Shown here one piece after another: positions 57,490-64,000 of a stretch of 64,000 nt of DNA (within the stretch, counting starts at the first letter, position 1; each line of letters opens with the position of its first letter). The DNA is from a virus, in IMG/VR virus record IMGVR_UViG_3300021960_000019; one strand, given 5' to 3'. Under the pieces are notes generated by a model, which saw nothing but the letters and a program-made list of their open reading frames with translations, was not told the DNA's origin and did no database searches. The translations under genes were made by a program, and so were the position numbers.

Positions 57490-60231
57490 ATGGCAGATAG
57501 TAATCTAGACACATCATTAAGTGCAGTATCTTCTGCAATACTTTCACAAATTCCTACTGCGACTATAGACGAGTTGGTTAATTTATCTAGAGCGGCACTG
57601 CAAATTGGTGAAAGTGAAAATGCAACTATAGAAACTGCAATAAATGCAAGAGTCAATACTCTAGTATCTGGTGCAACTGCGACAGAATTAAAAAAACTTG
57701 GTGATGTTATCAATAGAATGAAAACAACACCAGTTACGACAACTGCAGATTCTGGTAGTTCAGGACCGACTGCGGCAGTAACAACTTCAGATACTGCACC
57801 TTCTGCACCAAGTGATGGTGATTTGTGGTGGAACTCTAGTAATGGTGGATTATATCTTTATTACAATGATGGAAGTAGTACACAATGGGTAAGTGTTAGA
57901 GGAGCAACTGGGCCTGCTGGCGCTGATGGTGCCGATGGCGCTGATGGTGTTGGTGGGGGTTCATCTGTAACAACTTCAGATACAGCACCAACAAGTCCTA
58001 ATTCTGGCGATCAATGGTTTGACACCACTTCTGGTACTCTGTATGTCTACTATAACGATGGAACTAGTTCACAATGGATTGGTGTTTCTGGACCTTCTGG
58101 AGCAGATGGTGCTGATGGCGTTGATGGTGCAGATGCATCAAATCCTAGTCCTACTATAACATCAATTTCTCCAACGTCATACGATGGAACAACTGGTACA
58201 AGCATTACAATAATCGGTACAAATTTTGATATAGGTACTATAGTGTCGTTCATAGATTCTGGCGGAAATGAATATAATGCATCAACAACCTCTGTCATAA
58301 CTCAAGGAGAACTTACTGCTGTGACACCTCAGGCATTTACGGCCGCAGATGGTCCGTTGGATTTGAAGGTAACAACAGGTGGCGGACAAAATACGACTAC
58401 AACAGATGCAATCCAAACTGGAGGGTCTCCGATATGGACTACTGCCGCTGGACAACTTGGTTCATCATTATATAAAGATACAATTGGAGTCTCATTGCCG
58501 ATTGTTGCAACTGATCCAGAAGGACAATTTGTATCATATACAGTAAACAGTGGAGCATTAGTGCCAGGCCTCAGTCTTGGTGGTGGAACAGGTTTAATCA
58601 CTGGAGATGTTACGTCTGCAAGTATTACGGCAACAACAAATTATTCCTTTACTGTAAATGCCAGTGATACATCAGGAAACGCAACTCCCAGAACATTTTT
58701 TATTAATGTTTTAAATGAGTTTGGAACTTACTTCACTAGAAATTCTACATACAAGTGGACATATTCACAAAATGTTACTAGGGCATCAGAGTTATATACT
58801 GACCTAGCAGCCAATACCGATGGAGCACCTGAGTTTAGAACCAATTTATTATCAGATAATACTTCCGCTACAGGTGATGCACTAAAATATGCTTACGGTG
58901 CATATATTAAATTTAATATGTTGGTTGGCCCATCTAGTACACCTAAAACGGTTATAGGATTTGTAAATAGAAACTCATCAAATAATAATTGGTCATTATC
59001 GCCATTTGATTACGGTGACGCACCAAATATTGATAATAATTATAGAAATTTTATGTTTATCAATAGTAATTCAAGTACTAGTACAACTTCTGATTGGTCA
59101 AATACTAGTAATGGTAACGGAAGATTAATACACCTTGTCTCTGTAGATGATAATGATTGTAGTTTTATGAGGGCAGATGGAGCAGCAATTATACACGGTG
59201 GCCAAGGGGCCACTAATCAAGCAGAACCAACATATGTATATCAGCCAAATACAGACTACTCATCAAATGCGTCTAATATCACCGCCCATGCTGGAGCAAC
59301 AAGCGTTCCAACTCAAGCTGCAAATTGGCCTGGTGGAGGTGCAGCAATTGGAATGCATCCTTGGTTACAACAAGTAAAAGCATCCACTTCAGCGCCGTGG
59401 GCTGGTATTTCATCTTATGATGTGACAAATAGACAAAGTAGTTATAGTGGCTATACAGGTGGCAACACCGGCACTCAAAGGTTTGCAGTAGTATCATTTA
59501 TGGGAATAGGTGGAGAAGTAGTATTTGAATATTTTGGTGGCAATGTTGCTTATTATGTTTCAGTAATATTGCCAAATGGATATGTACATAGGTTTGCAAG
59601 ACAAACTATAACTTCTCCTTCTAATATTCCATTAGTATTTACAAATAACCCAAACGAACGAAATAATACTATAACTTCTGTTAATGATGGATTTAGTGAA
59701 GCCATGATGCAGAAAAGTGACTCATCAACTGGTGCAATTACCTTCAATGTAAATTGGACTAATGGCACATTGGAAAATGTTACAAATATAACATTATCTA
59801 CAGTGAATAAAATCCAGACTGAAGAAGATATTTATGGTGATCCTATACATCTTGTTCTTGGGAGTCCTTGGTTTCACAAATACTACAACAATTCGCCGCA
59901 TGGATCCACTTTTCTTCATTCTTGGGCAGATGGAATTCCACTCTCCAATCATGAAAATTGGAAAAGTACTAACAATTATGGTAGATGGATGGGCGAAAAT
60001 ATTTATACATACTATAAAAGTAGTAGTCGAGTGTTGCATTATAGCAACGCGCAAGGCGGCCAACAGACAGGATTAGATTTATTTTCAATGATAGGTCCAC
60101 AAAATTATGTGTACTTGGGTGATTGGGGTCATGATAATGAAGGAATGTTTGGTCAAAGTGGTATTGGCCAAGACTCGCAATTTACTTTTTCACGAACTAA
60201 TATTAGACTTATTCCCTCAGATTGGTATTAA
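57490..60231 (+). CDS. Fibre-type protein with GDxW modules, short collagen-like repeats and IPT/Ig-like domains
   Basis: MADS N-domain, GADGADGADG, PTITSISP..ITIIGTNF and ATDPEG. Confidence 0.7.
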   Translation: MADSNLDTSLSAVSSAILSQIPTATIDELVNLSRAALQIGESENATIETAINARVNTLVSGATATELKKLGDVINRMKTTPVTTTADSGSSGPTAAVTTSDTAPSAPSDGDLWWNSSNGGLYLYYNDGSSTQWVSVRGATGPAGADGADGADGVGGGSSVTTSDTAPTSPNSGDQWFDTTSGTLYVYYNDGTSSQWIGVSGPSGADGADGVDGADASNPSPTITSISPTSYDGTTGTSITIIGTNFDIGTIVSFIDSGGNEYNASTTSVITQGELTAVTPQAFTAADGPLDLKVTTGGGQNTTTTDAIQTGGSPIWTTAAGQLGSSLYKDTIGVSLPIVATDPEGQFVSYTVNSGALVPGLSLGGGTGLITGDVTSASITATTNYSFTVNASDTSGNATPRTFFINVLNEFGTYFTRNSTYKWTYSQNVTRASELYTDLAANTDGAPEFRTNLLSDNTSATGDALKYAYGAYIKFNMLVGPSSTPKTVIGFVNRNSSNNNWSLSPFDYGDAPNIDNNYRNFMFINSNSSTSTTSDWSNTSNGNGRLIHLVSVDDNDCSFMRADGAAIIHGGQGATNQAEPTYVYQPNTDYSSNASNITAHAGATSVPTQAANWPGGGAAIGMHPWLQQVKASTSAPWAGISSYDVTNRQSSYSGYTGGNTGTQRFAVVSFMGIGGEVVFEYFGGNVAYYVSVILPNGYVHRFARQTITSPSNIPLVFTNNPNERNNTITSVNDGFSEAMMQKSDSSTGAITFNVNWTNGTLENVTNITLSTVNKIQTEEDIYGDPIHLVLGSPWFHKYYNNSPHGSTFLHSWADGIPLSNHENWKSTNNYGRWMGENIYTYYKSSSRVLHYSNAQGGQQTGLDLFSMIGPQNYVYLGDWGHDNEGMFGQSGIGQDSQFTFSRTNIRLIPSDWY

Positions 60232-60310
60232 GGCAAAAAACAATAAGATGACGTATTCATACACAATTTTTTTATTAAATATATAATAAGAACTAAAGGA
60301 ATTTCTATAA

Positions 60311-62785
60311 ATGGCAATTAATTTTCCAGATAGTCCAACAAATGGCCAGGTGGCAACGGTAGGTGGCAAGAATTACACATACAATTCTACGAAGAATACT
60401 TGGACTCCGACACAGGTAACGGAAGCAGACTTATCTACTGTAGGATCTACAACAGTAGTTGCCACGCATGATTTATTGCCATCATCCCCAAGTGCCGGTG
60501 ACATGGCATTAGTATCTAGTGTTAATAAGATGTATGTTTATTTTTTAAGTGGGTGGTGGTTAATGTCATCACTACAAAATGCATCTCCTAGTGGTATCAC
60601 TGGAAATGCAGCAATATATGACTTGGCTGCGGATGGTACTCCAACAACAGTCACACTAAGTTCTTCTGACCCAGAAGGATTTCCAATTGTTTGGTCACAT
60701 AGCGTCATCTCAGGTTCGCTTGGGGGTACAACAGTAACTAATGTTAATAATGTATTTACTATTACACCAAGCACAGACGCTGCAGACGCTGGTACTTTTA
60801 CTTTAAGGTTTGCCGCATCTGATGGTCAAGGTGGTGAGTCTGGTTCACAATCTCAGTTTACATTAGATTTTGTATTTATAGTTGCAAATAGTAGATATAC
60901 TACTCTGTTAGCGACAGCAACTGGTACGTCAGACAACAACAACATTACTGATACATCTTCGAATAATCATAGCATTACCGTAAATGGCGATGCCTACGCT
61001 GGTACGTTCAGCCCTTACAGAAGTAGAGGTTATTCTACTTATTTTGAAGATACTGCTGCTAATGTATTATACGCATCTCCTTCAAGTGATTTTGCGTTTG
61101 GTACTGGTGCATTTACAATTTCGGTTTGGGTGAAATTATTACATCAATATCTCGGAACTATATTTGATACCAATGATGGTATTAATCCTGGCGTCATGAT
61201 GTCAGTAAATAATATTACTTTTTATACCTATTCAAATACTTGGTTAAGTAGTACGTCAACCTCAAGTCAAGATGTTTGGCAACATTTCTGTTGGACTCGT
61301 GATGGATCAGGTAATAATAAAGTATTCGTTAATGGTACACAAGCTACAACTTTTACAGATAGTACTAATTACACTTCACAAAATTTCAAAATGGGCGAGG
61401 AACAAAACGGTACTAGTGACTTAAAGGCTTATATAAAAGACTTACATATAGTAAAAGGTTATGCATATGAACCAGATTCAACGTATGCCGATGGTGCTGC
61501 CGAACCTACAACTGGAACTGTGTTTTTGGGTTGCGGATTACCTTATCATGGAGATAAAAGTTCTTCTCCTAAAACACTTACAATAGCAAATTCTGGTATA
61601 TCTATAGTTAATGATACACCACACGACTACATAGAATACTCAGTAACTGATCACGGTGGGTCCATAGTGATAAACAGCACAAGTGCTTGGGTGCAGTCTA
61701 CAGTAACAGCTCCATCGTCTGGAAGTTTTGCGGTTGAATGTTGGGTGTATTGGGATGAATTTCCAAACACTTCTAATGGCAACAACCAGTCTATAATTTC
61801 CTTCAAAGGTTCAGACAATTATGACGGCGTAAGGCTGATGTACCAAAACCCCTCAGCTGGCGGATTTGCTGTTTATGCAAACGACTCTTGGTTTATGACA
61901 CCATCAAGCAATAAGGCGCTACAGGTAAAAACTTGGTATCATGCAGCTATTACTTATGATGGTACAAATCTACGATTATTTGTGAACGGATCTTTACAAA
62001 ATACTGAAGCATTTAGTACTAATCTCACTAATGCCGATCTTCGTATAGGTAATGATGGGTGGTGGCGCATGGGCCTTGGCAAAGTATCCGATGTTAGGTA
62101 CACCAGAGGATCTGCTGTTTACACTTCAAGCTTCACTCCACCAACTGCCCCTCTATCTTCAACTGGCACAGAACTACATATCAAAGGCACTGACGCTTCT
62201 ATTATAGATAAATCTCAAGGCGCTAACTTAAAGCTGGTAGGTAATACTACTGGATCAACTACTCAGGCTAAGTTTGCTAGTACTAAGTCAATGTATTTTG
62301 ATGCTTCTGGAGATTATATTTCTATTTCAGATGATGAAGCATATGGTTTTGGTACAGGTGATTGGACAATCGAGACTTGGCTGTATTGCACAAAAACTGG
62401 TGGGTTTAACGCAATATTTGACACACGAGTTGGTGCGGGTACTGAGACAGGTAGTTTTGGCCTTGGTATGTATAATACTGGACGAGTTCAAATGTTCTCA
62501 GGTGGGATATTTTACTACCCAACCGACACTTTAAGTTTTAATACTTGGCAACATTTGGCTATAGTTAAAAACTCTGGAACAACTACAATGTACTTTAACG
62601 GTACAGCCGCAAGTTCAACGTATTCAGACTCTAGAAATTATGGATCAAGTCAACCTGTTCAGATTGGCAAGGATGATACAACTTCAAATTACTTTGGGGG
62701 GTATATGCAAGACTTCCGTATCACTAAAGGTTTAGCAAGATACACCGCAAACTTTACACCACCAACTGCTTCATTAGAAGGATAA
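60311..62785 (+). CDS. Fibre-type protein with LamG/concanavalin-A-like domains
   Basis: MAINFPDSP N-terminus; repeated FGTG.(F/W)TI..W, W.H.A, and RITKGLARYTANFTPP. Confidence 0.8.
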   Translation: MAINFPDSPTNGQVATVGGKNYTYNSTKNTWTPTQVTEADLSTVGSTTVVATHDLLPSSPSAGDMALVSSVNKMYVYFLSGWWLMSSLQNASPSGITGNAAIYDLAADGTPTTVTLSSSDPEGFPIVWSHSVISGSLGGTTVTNVNNVFTITPSTDAADAGTFTLRFAASDGQGGESGSQSQFTLDFVFIVANSRYTTLLATATGTSDNNNITDTSSNNHSITVNGDAYAGTFSPYRSRGYSTYFEDTAANVLYASPSSDFAFGTGAFTISVWVKLLHQYLGTIFDTNDGINPGVMMSVNNITFYTYSNTWLSSTSTSSQDVWQHFCWTRDGSGNNKVFVNGTQATTFTDSTNYTSQNFKMGEEQNGTSDLKAYIKDLHIVKGYAYEPDSTYADGAAEPTTGTVFLGCGLPYHGDKSSSPKTLTIANSGISIVNDTPHDYIEYSVTDHGGSIVINSTSAWVQSTVTAPSSGSFAVECWVYWDEFPNTSNGNNQSIISFKGSDNYDGVRLMYQNPSAGGFAVYANDSWFMTPSSNKALQVKTWYHAAITYDGTNLRLFVNGSLQNTEAFSTNLTNADLRIGNDGWWRMGLGKVSDVRYTRGSAVYTSSFTPPTAPLSSTGTELHIKGTDASIIDKSQGANLKLVGNTTGSTTQAKFASTKSMYFDASGDYISISDDEAYGFGTGDWTIETWLYCTKTGGFNAIFDTRVGAGTETGSFGLGMYNTGRVQMFSGGIFYYPTDTLSFNTWQHLAIVKNSGTTTMYFNGTAASSTYSDSRNYGSSQPVQIGKDDTTSNYFGGYMQDFRITKGLARYTANFTPPTASLEG

Positions 62786-62792
62786 TATAAAG

Positions 62793-64000
62793 ATGGCAAT
62801 TAATTTTCCAGATAGTCCAAGTGATGGGGATACTCACGAAGGATATGCGTATAATGCTACGACAGGTACGTGGGAAATCACTGTTGCGCCTATTAATGGT
62901 CCTATTACTGGTCATGTATTACCAGATACAACATTAACATACGATTTAGGTTCTGCAGATAAGAAATTTAGAGATATCTATCTATCATCTGGTACAATTT
63001 ATCTTGGAGATGAAAATTTATCAATTACAGATGGTCAACTTACAAGTTCTGCATCTATTGCTTCACCAGATTTAGATGTATCACTAATTCCAGAAAATAT
63101 GGAATTGGTTGTGAATGCAAACGAAGGTGGCCATGGAATGAATTGGTTTTGGACTTGGGGAGAAACTTTGTTATATGGTAGAGGTTCAGTTACAAATTCA
63201 AGTTCAGAAACGGAAGTACCACTCTATAGAGAAGGAACATATACCTTTGTAAACTTTGCATATACACAATATGGAGATATGACACAGACACATGCCGGTT
63301 ATTTAAAATCAGTTTTAGGAGCGGGTACAGATAATATAATTCCAGGCGTAACAAGCACTACAGAAGATCGTTTTAATTCGGTGGCTGGCGGAAACACACA
63401 GGTGCAGAAACATGTATGGACTATTCCATCCGATTTTTCAGCATCTGATATCACCTTAGTTGCGCCATCTATTTCTATGAATGTTTCTACAAATTCTGGT
63501 GCATATGATATAGATATTGTCCATGGTACAGATATTGAAGCAGTTTATCGTGGCGGAACTTATACGTTTAATTTAAATGTTACAGGACATCCATTTTATT
63601 TAACAACAGATGATGGCACAAACTGGACACAAGGTGGTTATGTTGGAGAATATACAAACGGTGTCTCTGGGTCTAGAACAGAAGTCGGCACTCTCACGTT
63701 TACAGTTCCCAATGATGCTCCTGATACACTATATTATCAGTGTGCAAATCATAGCGGAATGAAAGGTACAATTCATGTAAAAGATTTAGAAGTTGATGTG
63801 TTGGGTGACGCAGACAATTCTATTAGGATTTACTTTCAACACACACAATTTGGACATAAGACATCGTTTTTGATCAAAGACAAGCCAGTAATACCAACTA
63901 CTGCATGTTTAATGTATGATGGAACAAAATTTGTACCAACTCATATGAATGACTATCTTAATTCTCATGCAGAAGTTGAAACAAAAATAGGACAAATTGC
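62793..64000 (+). CDS. Fibre-type protein, 3'-truncated, with cupredoxin-like motif (not in the ORF track)
   Basis: Manual translation: MAINFPDSPSDG..VLPDTTLTYDLGSADKKFRDIY..GHPFYL..LYYQCANHSGMKG; no stop seen before the window end. Confidence 0.8.
   Translation, partial: MAINFPDSPSDGDTHEGYAYNATTGTWEITVAPINGPITGHVLPDTTLTYDLGSADKKFRDIYLSSGTIYLGDENLSITDGQLTSSASIASPDLDVSLIPENMELVVNANEGGHGMNWFWTWGETLLYGRGSVTNSSSETEVPLYREGTYTFVNFAYTQYGDMTQTHAGYLKSVLGAGTDNIIPGVTSTTEDRFNSVAGGNTQVQKHVWTIPSDFSASDITLVAPSISMNVSTNSGAYDIDIVHGTDIEAVYRGGTYTFNLNVTGHPFYLTTDDGTNWTQGGYVGEYTNGVSGSRTEVGTLTFTVPNDAPDTLYYQCANHSGMKGTIHVKDLEVDVLGDADNSIRIYFQHTQFGHKTSFLIKDKPVIPTTACLMYDGTKFVPTHMNDYLNSHAEVETKIGQI

Noticed and set aside
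57901-58135. GADGADG nucleotide repeats as a satellite or contingency locus
   Set aside because: Short collagen-like Gly-X-Y coding repeats with varied codons.
1-64000. tRNA/rRNA genes, photosynthesis genes and genetic-code reassignment
   Set aside because: Intergenic gaps are short with no cloverleaf seen, no psbA/hli-type ORFs were seen, and core genes translate full length in the standard code using all three stops.

Overview
An AT-rich 64 kb segment of a T4-like myovirus genome. Gene content and order resemble marine T4-like phages, and every real gene is on the + strand. In order: the 3' part of a large fibre/structural gene; the neck, terminase, tail and head core (gp13-gp23, gp3); uvsY/uvsW; gp55; gp47 and gp46 interleaved with three amino-DNA-methyltransferase genes; a CobT/CobS-like vWA/AAA pair; the replisome (gp45, gp44, gp62, regA, gp43, uvsX, gp41) with dUTPase, hsp20 and a 2OG-Fe(II) oxygenase; a cluster of probable head-packaged proteins (43-53 kb); and an array of modular fibre genes running off the right end. 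Main leads: (1) By-eye scanning finds CCNGG and CCGG almost only where they overlap GCC/GGC, and GCGC almost only where it overlaps GCC/GGC or CGCG. This points to a short-motif DNA modification shield, and two of the methyltransferases end in a peptide like the polymerase's clamp-binding tail, which suggests replisome-tethered methylation. (2) Several proteins start with a T4-type capsid-targeting peptide, including a ligase-fold protein and a Pnkp-type HAD phosphatase, alongside protease-cleavable polyproteins. This suggests a virion-injected repair/counter-defence kit. (3) There is a ROSE-type RNA thermometer on hsp20, blue-copper motifs in two fibre proteins, and a plug-and-socket fibre architecture. 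All assignments come from motif recognition and synteny; no searches or exact counts were run.
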